Source: Glaciecola sp.
GTDB lineage: Bacteria > Pseudomonadota > Gammaproteobacteria > Enterobacterales > Alteromonadaceae
DNA length: 64,000 nt
NCBI GenBank assembly: GCA_034112105.1
Contig: JAWUVZ010000096.1
Location: 4,429 to 68,428, forward strand
Direction: 5' to 3'
The notes beneath the pieces were generated by a model. The model had not been told where the DNA came from. It worked only from the letters and a program-made list of their open reading frames with translations, and searched no databases. A program made the translations under genes and the position numbers. Within the stretch, counting starts at the first letter, position 1; the number at the start of each line of letters is the position of its first letter. Of this stretch, positions 20,856 to 30,343 are shown one piece after another.

Positions 20856-22268
20856 TTACTTACGCTGATAAATATTTAGATATTTGTCAGCAGCTTCTTT
20901 CCAAGTGAATTTTTTCTGCATTCCGCGTTTTATGACAATCTGTAACTTTTTACTGTCTTCGAGTCTCACCAGTAATGCTCTTCTGACTGCGCTAAGTAAT
21001 GCTTCTGGTGTTGGTTGATTAAACACAAAACCGGTTCCTTGTGGCTCATTAATATCAACAATCGTGTCTTTTAAGCCTCCAATACCACGCACAATAGGCG
21101 TCGTTCCATAGGCTAAGCTGTACATTTGATTTAGGCCACAAGGCTCAAACTCCGACGGCATTAAGAAAAAATCAGCGCCAGCTTCTACTTTATGTGCGAA
21201 GTCTGGTTTAAAGTCCTCTACAAAGACAAATTGTTTTAGATGCTTACTTGCGATTTGATGTAGTTGTTCAGTTATGTCCTTTTGACCTGTTCCCACCAAG
21301 GCAATTTGCACATTATGTTTAAGAATATCCTCAATGATGGGCATTAAATACCCAAAGCCTTTTTGCAGTGTTGTTCTGCAAACCATACCTATAATTGGGA
21401 TTTGTGAGTCAAATTTTAAACCAAATGTCTTTTGTAGGTCTTTTTTGCATGCCGCTTTCCCTGACATATCATCAACAGAATAATGTGCAGCAATAAATTC
21501 GTCGGAGCTTGGATCCCATTGTTCGTAATCGCAGCCATTTAGCACGCCCTCGACAACGTTGATACGTTGTCGAATAACGTCATCAATGCCGTGACTACCT
21601 AATGGGGTCGCAATCTCTTGTGCATAGGTAGTGCTGACAGGGCAAATATTATCAGCATATAACAAACCCGTTTTCAGCATATTCAAATGATTGTTTTCAA
21701 CATACATGCCGGGTGATGTGGGATCAATGCTTGGAATATTGATTAAATTGTCAGTTCCTTGAAATGCGGCGTTGTGAATAGTTAAGACTGATTTGGTGTG
21801 TGCAAAATAATCGTAGGTAAGTGGCGAATGCTTGGCAAAATAGCATGCCATTGAAGTGTGCCAGTCGTTGGTGTGTAAAATGTCTGGCTTAAAGCTCACA
21901 GCCTCAGCTGTTTTTAGGGCTGCTAGTGAGAAAAAGGTAAATTTTTCTGCATTGCTGATTTTGCTATCGTCACTGTAAAGTTTGTCATTATTAAAGTATT
22001 CAGGATAATCGACAAAATAGACGGAAATGCCGTTAAAGCTTAATTCCTTTATATTAAATGCGTAACTGTGTCCGTTTGTATAGATAATTTGTTGTGGTGT
22101 TGCATTGGCAAGTTTTAAAGAGTCTGCAGCGGCTTTGTAATAAGGAAGGACAATCTTGACGTCATGTCCAAGTTCAGACAACGCAATGGGCAGGGCTTTG
22201 CCAACATCTGCTAAGCCTCCGGTTTTTACAATGTCTTCTACTTCAGATATCAAAAAGAGTATTTTCAT
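20856..22268 (-). CDS. glgA: Glycogen synthase (ADP-glucose type)
   Basis: KTGGLADV, HTNDWHT, TIHNAAFQG, MPSEFEPCGLNQM. Confidence 0.93.
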   Translation of the reverse strand: MKILFLISEVEDIVKTGGLADVGKALPIALSELGHDVKIVLPYYKAAADSLKLANATPQQIIYTNGHSYAFNIKELSFNGISVYFVDYPEYFNNDKLYSDDSKISNAEKFTFFSLAALKTAEAVSFKPDILHTNDWHTSMACYFAKHSPLTYDYFAHTKSVLTIHNAAFQGTDNLINIPSIDPTSPGMYVENNHLNMLKTGLLYADNICPVSTTYAQEIATPLGSHGIDDVIRQRINVVEGVLNGCDYEQWDPSSDEFIAAHYSVDDMSGKAACKKDLQKTFGLKFDSQIPIIGMVCRTTLQKGFGYLMPIIEDILKHNVQIALVGTGQKDITEQLHQIASKHLKQFVFVEDFKPDFAHKVEAGADFFLMPSEFEPCGLNQMYSLAYGTTPIVRGIGGLKDTIVDINEPQGTGFVFNQPTPEALLSAVRRALLVRLEDSKKLQIVIKRGMQKKFTWKEAADKYLNIYQRK

Positions 22269-22384
22269 AAGGTACTAAGTCTTCTTATCTAATTTTTAAT
22301 GTCACTTGTTACAATATAAGACCAAAGGCCGCTAAAATTTGGCCTTACGGCGCACATCAGCGTTGCCGTAAGAGCTGTATTACC

Positions 22385-23449
22385 CTATTTTGCAGCTTCG
22401 TAAATATTATATTTATTCGTACTTACTAGTGTCTTAGAGCGGAAATACAGGCCACTCATAACCTCACTGTAAGGTAAAAATTTATTTGCCACAATATCAA
22501 GTGTGCCGCGCGGACGAGTTTGTTTATGCGCCTGGGCTATAAATTGTTGTGTAATGGTGTAGTCGTTGCGGATACCAGTATGAAACGGCGGATTACTAAC
22601 GATGTGATCAAAGTAACCTTCGACTTTTTTCATGCCGTCACTCGCAATGACAGTTCCTTCAACAGCATTAAGCTCAAGTGTTTGTTTCGTACTATAAATG
22701 GCAAGCGCTGATACATCACTCATAGTAACTTTTACCTTGGTATTAAGCTTGGCAAAATAAGTACCTATGATACCTGTGCCACAAGCAAAATCTAATACTT
22801 GGCCTTTCATGTTGACTAATTTAACCGAGCGTGGCTCAAATTGAGCTAACAATAACTGAGTGCCTGGATCGAATTGTTTGTGACCAAATACGCCGGGAAG
22901 TGAAAATATCTTGAGTTCTTGACCGTTTACCAAATACTTTCTGATGACACCAAATTGCTTTATCTCAAACGCCGACTTGTTAGGTGTTTCAATTTCAACA
23001 CAAATTAAACCGCAATGTTTAGCGCCATCAATTTTGTTAACTGTTGAGCCCACACGCTCCAGCAATTTCCCCACGCTTTTAATGCCAGCTTTGTTTTCGC
23101 CAACAATCAATAATTTACCGCCTACTTTGACCAAGTCAGTCATGTTAGCAATAAGCATTTCAAGATGCTGTTTTGCTTTTGGCAGAAAAATAACCGCCCC
23201 ATCTAGTTGCTGTTTATCTTTGAGATCATTAATACTAAAGCTGGCAGCAAAAACTTGCGGAAACTTACTGGTATTCTCACTCTGAAAATAAATATCATGA
23301 AACTGATGGAGGCCGGTAATATCAAAATTAATACTTGGGTCACGCAGTTCGTCAAAAATAGCAGCATCTGAGGGATTAACAATCGCCCACTTGCCACTTT
23401 CGAAAATATCGGTATTACGTAATAACAACTGACTAGGTAATGACAGCAT
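22385..23449 (-). CDS. rsmC: 16S rRNA m2G1207 methyltransferase RsmC
   Basis: PKAK, GENKAGIKS, SLPGVF, LDFACGTG, IVSNPPFH, VANKFLPY. Confidence 0.88.
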   Translation of the reverse strand: MLSLPSQLLLRNTDIFESGKWAIVNPSDAAIFDELRDPSINFDITGLHQFHDIYFQSENTSKFPQVFAASFSINDLKDKQQLDGAVIFLPKAKQHLEMLIANMTDLVKVGGKLLIVGENKAGIKSVGKLLERVGSTVNKIDGAKHCGLICVEIETPNKSAFEIKQFGVIRKYLVNGQELKIFSLPGVFGHKQFDPGTQLLLAQFEPRSVKLVNMKGQVLDFACGTGIIGTYFAKLNTKVKVTMSDVSALAIYSTKQTLELNAVEGTVIASDGMKKVEGYFDHIVSNPPFHTGIRNDYTITQQFIAQAHKQTRPRGTLDIVANKFLPYSEVMSGLYFRSKTLVSTNKYNIYEAAK

Positions 23450-24175
23450 TTAGCTTACTCGCTTAAAAATGAGATCCCAAACGCCGTGACCGAGTTTTTG
23501 GCCACGAACTTCAAATTTGGTAATAGGGCGATAATTTGGGCGAGGAACAAAACCGTTCGCACCCTCACTTGAAGTGTTTTCATAACCCTGTGCTTGGGTC
23601 ATGACTTCCATCATGAACTCTGCATAAGGCTCCCAGTCGGTTGCCATATGAAAAGTGCCACCAATTGCAAGCTTTGAACGCAAACTCTGCACAAAAGCAG
23701 GCTGTACTATTCGACGCTTGTGATGACGCGTTTTATGCCAAGGGTCAGGAAAATATAGCTGTAAACGATGCAGTGAGCTATCCGCAATCGATTGAGCTAG
23801 CACTTCAACTGCATCGTGTTCAAATACACGAAGGTTTTCAATGCCAGCTTCCTCAGCGTCTGCTAAACAAGCTCCGATGCCGGGACGATGCACTTCAATG
23901 CCAATGAAGTTATTCTGTGGAGCAGCTGTCGCCATTTCAACGAACGACTTGCCCATGCCAAAGCCAATTTCAAGAACTGTTGGCGCGGAGCGACCAAAAA
24001 CGGCATCTAAGTTGAGCATGCCATGCTCGATAGTTAGGCCTTTGGTTGGCCAGTTTTCTTCAATTGCTTTAGCTTGAGCATTAGTTAGGCGGCCCTCGCG
24101 TTTTACAAAGCTTTTTATTTTACTAATATATACGCCCGCTGCTCGGGCTTCTTCTAGGCTTTTGAATGACTTCAT
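23450..24175 (-). CDS. trmB: tRNA (guanine-N7)-methyltransferase
   Basis: [44 protein letters not shown]. Confidence 0.97.
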   Translation of the reverse strand: MKSFKSLEEARAAGVYISKIKSFVKREGRLTNAQAKAIEENWPTKGLTIEHGMLNLDAVFGRSAPTVLEIGFGMGKSFVEMATAAPQNNFIGIEVHRPGIGACLADAEEAGIENLRVFEHDAVEVLAQSIADSSLHRLQLYFPDPWHKTRHHKRRIVQPAFVQSLRSKLAIGGTFHMATDWEPYAEFMMEVMTQAQGYENTSSEGANGFVPRPNYRPITKFEVRGQKLGHGVWDLIFKRVS

Positions 24176-24299
24176 GTATCTCGTGGTCTTTATTAAATGT
24201 TTGGTAAATGAACTGAGCAGCCGAAATATGACGCTAGACTGTTCTATTAATACAAAAGTCGGGTATTATAATTCATTCTTTGGCAGATGTGCGGTTAAT

Positions 24300-25484
24300 G
24301 TGACTTCAAGTAGATTTTCTTTTTCAAACGCGCTTTTAACTTGGTTTGACCAACACGGGCGCAAAAATTTGCCGTGGCAAAAAAACAAATCGTCTTACTC
24401 AGTTTGGATTTCGGAAATAATGTTGCAGCAAACCCAAGTCGCAACCGTGATCCCTTATTTCGAGACTTTCATGCGGCGCTTCCCTAACGTTACCGATTTA
24501 GCCAATGCACCGGTTGACGAGGTCTTGCACTTATGGACTGGTTTGGGTTACTACGCAAGGGCTAGAAATCTACACAAAGCTGCTCAACAAGTTAGAGATC
24601 TGCATGCAGGTAAATTTCCAATAACTTTTGACGAAGTTATTGCTTTACCTGGAATAGGCCGCTCCACCGCAGCAGCTGTTTTGTCTTTATCTTTGAATCA
24701 AGCCTATGCAATTATGGATGGAAACGTAAAGCGCGTGCTCACTCGCTACATGGCCATTGAAGGCTGGACAGGCAGTAAAAAAATAGAAGATAGGTTATGG
24801 ACTGAAGCTGAAGCGTTAAAGCCTCGTGTTTTTAATCTAGGCAAAGGCGTGCAAGAACAACTCGATTCGCAAGAGACGAATAACACTTCTGGGGAGCTAA
24901 GATATGGGGATTATACACAAGCAATTATGGATTTAGGTGCGACAATATGTACTCGTTCCAGACCTAAGTGTGATGATTGCCCAATGCAGTTGCGTTGTCT
25001 AGCGTACGCTCAAGGTAAACAAACGGATTTTCCGTTTAAAAAGCCCAAAAAGCAAATCCCGACAAAGTACACGACAATGTTGATCCCGTCGTTTAATGGC
25101 CAAGTGTTAATGCAACAAAGACCACCTTCAGGAATTTGGGGAGGACTTTGGGGTTTTTTAGAAACAGGTTTCGATAAAGAATTCGAAAAAACGACGGATG
25201 AAGCCCTGTTGATGCTCCAAGATAGTTTGCTAACAGTAAATTTACAGGAGGCCAAAGTACGCGAGCTAGATACCTTTAAACATACTTTTAGTCATTTTCA
25301 TTTATTGATTTTACCGGTACTTATTGAGTTAAAGGAACCGCCGTTGCAAAAAGTCAACGAGAGTAACGCGGGGTTGGATGATGGCGCTATAAATCAACTT
25401 TGGTTCGACTCATACAATCCAAGTAAAATTGGTTTATCGGCGCCCACAATGAAAATACTAGAAATGTTAAAAAGCGACTATTAA
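24300..25484 (+). CDS. mutY: A/G-specific adenine glycosylase MutY
   Basis: [33 protein letters not shown] (HhH), [17 protein letters not shown] 4Fe-4S motif; GTG at 24300 inferred as start. Confidence 0.95.
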   Translation: MTSSRFSFSNALLTWFDQHGRKNLPWQKNKSSYSVWISEIMLQQTQVATVIPYFETFMRRFPNVTDLANAPVDEVLHLWTGLGYYARARNLHKAAQQVRDLHAGKFPITFDEVIALPGIGRSTAAAVLSLSLNQAYAIMDGNVKRVLTRYMAIEGWTGSKKIEDRLWTEAEALKPRVFNLGKGVQEQLDSQETNNTSGELRYGDYTQAIMDLGATICTRSRPKCDDCPMQLRCLAYAQGKQTDFPFKKPKKQIPTKYTTMLIPSFNGQVLMQQRPPSGIWGGLWGFLETGFDKEFEKTTDEALLMLQDSLLTVNLQEAKVRELDTFKHTFSHFHLLILPVLIELKEPPLQKVNESNAGLDDGAINQLWFDSYNPSKIGLSAPTMKILEMLKSDY

Positions 25485-25601
25485 AAGTAGATATATTGTT
25501 TAACTGCTGAAAGTTAACTGATTTTGAGTGATCATTGCTGAAGTTGAGTTGTTTATTAAGCTATACTACGCGCAATTATTATTTATCCGAAGGTATATAA
25601 C

Positions 25602-25874
25602 ATGGCAAGAACAGTAAATTGTGTTTGTTTGAACAAAGAAGCTGATGGTTTGGATTTTCAGTTATATCCAGGGCCAGTTGGTAAACGTATATTCGACACA
25701 ATATCCAAAGAAGCGTTTAGTCTTTGGCAGAAAAAGCAGACCATGCTGATAAACGAGAACAAGTTGAACATGATGGAAGCGAACGATAGAAAGTTCCTTG
25801 AAGAAAAAATGGTCGCTTATTTGTTTGAGGGTATTGAACCGACGATTGAAGGCTACGTTCCGCCTACAAAATAA
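25602..25874 (+). CDS. yggX: Fe(II)-trafficking / oxidative damage protection protein YggX
   Basis: MARTVNC...[10 protein letters not shown]...[11 protein letters not shown]; follows mutY as in E. coli. Confidence 0.95.
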   Translation: MARTVNCVCLNKEADGLDFQLYPGPVGKRIFDTISKEAFSLWQKKQTMLINENKLNMMEANDRKFLEEKMVAYLFEGIEPTIEGYVPPTK

Positions 25875-25923
25875 CCGTTTGAGCCTTTTTATTAAGATAA
25901 AGCCGCAAAAGTTTAGAAAATAG

Positions 25924-25960
25924 TTGACTTGGAAGGGCAAAATCCGTTTAATACGCCCCC
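25924..25960 (+). promoter_or_regulatory. sigma70 stable-RNA promoter for tRNA-Phe
   Basis: TTGACT-17 bp-TTTAAT followed by GC-rich discriminator acgccccc. Confidence 0.75.
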
Positions 25961-25995
25961 ACAGCGAAATACAGCGTTAAACCGCATTCGCAAAT

Positions 25996-26071
25996 GCCTC
26001 GATAGCTCAGTTGGTAGAGCAGCGGATTGAAAATCCGCGTGTCCCTGGTTCGATCCCGGGTCGAGGCACCA
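25996..26071 (+). tRNA. tRNA-Phe (GAA)
   Basis: 76 nt: GCCTCGA acceptor stem, D arm AGCTCAGTTGGTAGAGC, anticodon arm GCGGA-TTGAAAA-TCCGC, T loop GGTTCGATCC, encoded CCA. Confidence 0.98.
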
Positions 26072-26081
26072 TTATTCTGAA

Positions 26082-26109
26082 GCCCTGCATGAAAATGCGG
26101 GGTTTTTTT
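26082..26109 (+). terminator. Intrinsic terminator of tRNA-Phe
   Basis: gccctgcat-gaaa-atgcggggt followed by a T run. Confidence 0.85.
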
Positions 26110-26225
26110 GTATCCCCCTTAAAGTTACTAGGGGCTTTAGAAGTTTAAATATATTCATTGTACTGATGCTTGGTTATCTTAGGTTTAATGACGCCAGACC
26201 TGGCACTACTCAGTAAATGAAGGCG

Positions 26226-26759
26226 TCATGATTCTATCCGCCTCACTCTAATAGTCCTATTTGTTCCTTGTTTTTTTATTCGAAATGACCCCATAGCACT
26301 TCTTAAGATAATAACCGTGTCTCCTACCTTAATTCGAAAAGGTCTCGATTCTGCTTGTTCCCACCTTTGCTGATTATTTAGCGTTAAGGTCTTATTTCCG
26401 CGTGCTGATTCTTCGATAGAATCTACTTGCGCGCTAATACTATCTACCTGAGATCGTTTTTTTTGTAATATCTTAGTTTCCATACCGAAGTTTGCATCAG
26501 CACTTGTCGGCAGCTTTGATTTCTCTGATGAAACCAAAGCTGCATCTGCTTTACTTGGTATCAGTATCAGAGGCGCAGAAGTGCTGTCTACATGTTCAGT
26601 TTCTGTTAATGGCAGGTTGGTCATAACCTGATCAAAGCAAGTAAGTCTTTCTATGTCATTTTTAATCGCGGTGCAGGTCCTTAAGTCTGGAAGACTCATC
26701 GAATTGGCAATACTTAATGGGCTTATCAAAAGTACTGTTAAAGCGATTGTTTTTTTCAT
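26226..26759 (-). CDS. Hypothetical exported protein (Cys-pair N-terminal domain, small beta-barrel-like C-terminus)
   Basis: Signal peptide, CTAIKNDIERLTCFD, linker, TLNNQQRWEQ...IRVRR; AGGA RBS. Confidence 0.75.
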   Translation of the reverse strand: MKKTIALTVLLISPLSIANSMSLPDLRTCTAIKNDIERLTCFDQVMTNLPLTETEHVDSTSAPLILIPSKADAALVSSEKSKLPTSADANFGMETKILQKKRSQVDSISAQVDSIEESARGNKTLTLNNQQRWEQAESRPFRIKVGDTVIILRSAMGSFRIKKQGTNRTIRVRRIES

Positions 26760-27123
26760 TTTAAGCTTCCTATTTTTTCTGATTTTTTTGAATGAAAAGT
26801 GGCTAAGGCTAATTCCACTGCAAATAATATTAACATCTCTACTGAAAGTATAGTTTCAGATTACATGCAAAGTTGGGCAAGGAGTACTCATTAATGACAA
26901 GATTATAGGCTTATTAGAAATTTCACGTAAATCACCCGCCACTTCTTATTGCAGGTTCTCCTGCAACAATATGGAGATTTTCTAGAAACAAGCGGCTTTC
27001 GATCCTTCTTTAAAAAAACCGTGACCAGCGAGTGTAGTATAATGCTTAGTTAAATTACTATCAGCTAGTGCTTGATTCAAAGTCTGCTACACTCGCTATT
27101 GAATTTTAAACAGGAATGAGCTT

Positions 27124-28296
27124 ATGAAATTTTTTGCTTCAACTATTATTTTAGCTGTTTTAATGCTGACCGGTTGCAATAGCACTACCAAAATAAAACA
27201 AACTCAAGTAAAGCCTCCTGAATTACAATCACTGATCAATCATGCCTTATTCGAAGAACAATTGACCCCTTCACAAGCATCTATTTTCAAACTTCCTGAT
27301 GCAGAAAAAGAACGCTTTTTTACCTACGTGTATAAGCAGTTACAAATGCAAACTCGGGCTGATGAAATAGTGTTCAATTACCTTGAAAGCGAATTAAGTA
27401 ATTTTCAATATCATGGAGATACCCTAACGGCTCAGCAAACGCTTGATCTTTCTCATGGCAATTGTATAAGCCTAGCAATATTGACCCAAAGCTATGCAAA
27501 CGAGCTTAACTTAGAGACCAGTTTTCAAGAAATGTCAAATGAACCAATTTATGCAAAAAAAAATGGGTTAGTGTATGTATCTAATCACTTTAGGACCAAA
27601 ATCTATGCTCCTAGTAACGATTCAATCGATAACGATCCTTACCTATTTATTATACGTCGCGCCGGCACATTAATTGATTATTTTCCAAGCAGAGGTAGTT
27701 ATTTTTCTAATAATGCTGATTACAATGACTTAGTGTCCAAATATTACAGTAATTTGGCGGCACAAGCATTAGCCGACGAACAGCTAGACTTCGCTTATTC
27801 AGTCATACTGCAAGCACATAAATTCACACCTTATGATCCTGAACTTTATAACATCGCAGGTATATTGCATCGTAGAGCCGGTGATTTACAAAGTGCGAAA
27901 GCGATCTATCAATCGGCACTTGATAGTAATCTGTCCAGTGTCAATTTATTAAGTAATTACAGATATTTGGCTCAAATGTTAGGGGACCATGAGCTTGTTT
28001 CTCAGCTTTCAGCGAAGCTTAAAAATGAACAGAAAGATCCATTTGAGCTGCTTGCTCTGGCTGCAAGTGACGTACGTTCGGGCGATCTTAATAGAGCTAA
28101 AAGGCATATTGAACAAGCAATATTTCAAGCTCCCTACATAGCAGAACTTTATGTAGAATTAGCAAAGATTAAGTATCAACAAGGTAAAATTAATCAAACG
28201 CAAACACTACTAGAACAAGCCATTGATCTTGAGCACGATAAAGAAAGGCTTAATGTGTATCAAGCCAAATTGTTATCCGCACGAGTAAACAAATAA
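27124..28296 (+). CDS. TPR-repeat lipoprotein with a transglutaminase-like N-terminal domain
   Basis: LTGC lipobox; GNCISLAIL, SNHFR and LIDYF; C-terminal TPR-like helical repeats; AGGA RBS. Confidence 0.75.
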   Translation: MKFFASTIILAVLMLTGCNSTTKIKQTQVKPPELQSLINHALFEEQLTPSQASIFKLPDAEKERFFTYVYKQLQMQTRADEIVFNYLESELSNFQYHGDTLTAQQTLDLSHGNCISLAILTQSYANELNLETSFQEMSNEPIYAKKNGLVYVSNHFRTKIYAPSNDSIDNDPYLFIIRRAGTLIDYFPSRGSYFSNNADYNDLVSKYYSNLAAQALADEQLDFAYSVILQAHKFTPYDPELYNIAGILHRRAGDLQSAKAIYQSALDSNLSSVNLLSNYRYLAQMLGDHELVSQLSAKLKNEQKDPFELLALAASDVRSGDLNRAKRHIEQAIFQAPYIAELYVELAKIKYQQGKINQTQTLLEQAIDLEHDKERLNVYQAKLLSARVNK

Positions 28297-28350
28297 TTCA
28301 CTATCTGAAGCAAAACACAACTCATTACTATGTGGCATCAGTCTCTTAGC

Positions 28351-29151
28351 TCACTTAACGATGCGTTTGTCGATAGGGGGGGCACATTTAAATAAGTTTT
28401 GATGGGCGCTTTTTGGAGCCGGACAAGCCTTGCCTTTGGCATAATTGGAGTTCCATAATTCCTTTAATTCTGGCTTGTGCCCATCTTTGGCCCACTGTTG
28501 TTCTGCTTCCCGCTGTTTTTCATAGTTACCTTGACGCTCTTGATTCCACTGCTGAACCTGTTGCATAAATTGGGGGTCTTCATTCAACTCAAGTATGTCC
28601 ATTTGCATATCATTTAACAGAGCTAATGGATAAGGTATTATTCTACAGATAGGTTCACCCGCCTTAAATGTGACCTTTCGATTGGCTTCAGTAAGTCGCC
28701 AATTCATAGTGAATGGAAAAGGTAACCAATCCGTGCGGATAAACGCATCTAATGGCACTGCATAATTCTGATCTTGATTAGCCGGCCCTGTTACCAATAG
28801 GCCATACTCAGGTGGTGTACGAAACAGAAGAGGGAGATACCAAGTGACCGTACCGGAGCCAAAATGTGGCTTGGGTCCGAAAGGGTCATCAGTGTTTGTT
28901 TGGATATTTAGTTGGTCACCTTCCTCTGAACCACTCCACGTTATCTCTGCATCTACTGGGTTTAGTATTTCCCATCCCATACTATTAGCTGCGGTTAATG
29001 GAATGCACCGGTATGCATAACGGGCCGGAGTACTGTCCATCCAGTCACGAGTTATTTTGCAGGGTCTAATTGATTGACTGACGTCCTTTTTTACTCCAGG
29101 AATAACATAAGCGAGTAATTTATTATTAGGCACAGGTTGAGGTTTTGACAT
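28351..29151 (-). CDS. DUF6065-like conserved protein
   Basis: TRDWMD, AYRCIPLTAANSMGWE, LFRTPP, TDWLPFPFTMNW, FKAGEPIC. Confidence 0.75.
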   Translation of the reverse strand: MSKPQPVPNNKLLAYVIPGVKKDVSQSIRPCKITRDWMDSTPARYAYRCIPLTAANSMGWEILNPVDAEITWSGSEEGDQLNIQTNTDDPFGPKPHFGSGTVTWYLPLLFRTPPEYGLLVTGPANQDQNYAVPLDAFIRTDWLPFPFTMNWRLTEANRKVTFKAGEPICRIIPYPLALLNDMQMDILELNEDPQFMQQVQQWNQERQGNYEKQREAEQQWAKDGHKPELKELWNSNYAKGKACPAPKSAHQNLFKCAPPIDKRIVK

Positions 29152-29402
29152 TGGTAAAAGATCTCATATTCTAGGTAACCCAAACTTGGGGTAAGTATTA
29201 AAAGAATCCCATAATTTGTTTTAAATTGCACGACTAAGAATTAAAACTGTAAACCAGAATAACAAAGCAATTCTATCTGCTGTGTTTTCTTCTTCTAGTG
29301 TCTCGCTTTTAATATTTCTGCAATATAGACATATTTTAGTCCGATTCTTTTGTGCTATCTTTATCACCTACCAAATCAAGCATCAAAACGGCGAAATACT
29401 AC

Positions 29403-29537
29403 ATGCATTCAGTTGTGATCGTTGGAACAGGATTTGGTGCAATTTCAGCTGCCATAGCGTTGATGAAAAGAGATGTTAGTGACTTTATTAGACGCTTGCG
29501 TAACAGATTCATTTTTGGTCATCATCATATTGAATGA
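29403..29537 (+). pseudogene. Truncated N-terminus of a flavin-containing (Baeyer-Villiger-type) monooxygenase
   Basis: MHSVVIVGTGFGAISAAIALMKRDVSDF is an FAD-binding beta-alpha start; similarity is then lost and the frame stops after 44 aa. Confidence 0.6.
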
Positions 29538-29616
29538 CACGTTTCTATAAAGTGCTGTGCAGGATATACTATGTGTATCCGGCATCACTCGACTTACAAC
29601 AAGAATTGGTTGTCCA

Positions 29617-30291
29617 ATGAAAGATCATAACGACTCGCCTCTGTCCGACTACGTAGAGTACCCTCAAGAGGAGATGCTAATTCGCTCTCAAGCATTCTAT
29701 GACAATATAAAACGCCGTCATAGTATACGTAAATTTAGCGACCGTAAGGTGCCTCAGGAAATTATCGAAAATTGCATAAAGGCGGCCGGAACCGCGCCTA
29801 ATGGAGCGAATCATCAGCCTTGGCATTTTGTAGCTATTCATTCGGATGATGTAAAAAAGCAAGTCAGAGAGCAGGCTGAATTGCATGAACAAGGATTTTA
29901 TGCAGGCCGGGGTGGTAAGGAATGGTTAGAAGCGTTGCAGCCTCTGGGCACTGACGCACAAAAACCTTATCTTGAGCACGCTCCTTGGTTAATTGCTATT
30001 TTCAGTCAGAAGAAGGGTGGGGTGAGTCCTGGCGATAAACACACTAATTATTATGTGCATGAGTCGGTAGGTATTGCGACTGGCTTTCTGATAACAGCTC
30101 TACATAATGCTGGGCTAGTGACGTTGACCCACACACCAAAGCCAATGTCATTTCTATCAAAAATATGTCAAAGGCCTGATGAAGAACGTCCGTATATATT
30201 GCTAATCACTGGTTACCCTGCTGATGATGCAACAGTGCCAGAACATGCTAAAAATAAAAAAACACTCACAGAGATCTGCACGTTTTTATAA
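29617..30291 (+). CDS. Nitroreductase superfamily protein, iodotyrosine deiodinase (IYD)-like
   Basis: RRHSIRKFS, TAPNGANHQPW, EQGFY-x20-K, YVHESVGIA, GLVTLTHTP. Confidence 0.85.
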   Translation: MKDHNDSPLSDYVEYPQEEMLIRSQAFYDNIKRRHSIRKFSDRKVPQEIIENCIKAAGTAPNGANHQPWHFVAIHSDDVKKQVREQAELHEQGFYAGRGGKEWLEALQPLGTDAQKPYLEHAPWLIAIFSQKKGGVSPGDKHTNYYVHESVGIATGFLITALHNAGLVTLTHTPKPMSFLSKICQRPDEERPYILLITGYPADDATVPEHAKNKKTLTEICTFL

Positions 30292-30343
30292 TGAAGTTAA
30301 CCACCGCCAATACAAAGCTCCTTTGGGGCAGAGAAACAGTAGA

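Noticed and set aside
24162-24299. Long N-terminal extensions given by the ORF track (mutY here; likewise thrE 30224, SDR 31649, nitroreductase 29557, CoA-transferase 40294, chrA 54245)
   Set aside because: Downstream starts fit the family N-termini and RBS positions better, and several of the longer versions overlap neighbouring genes
25996-26300. Integrative element or prophage at tRNA-Phe
   Set aside because: No integrase, phage genes or duplicated att core seen
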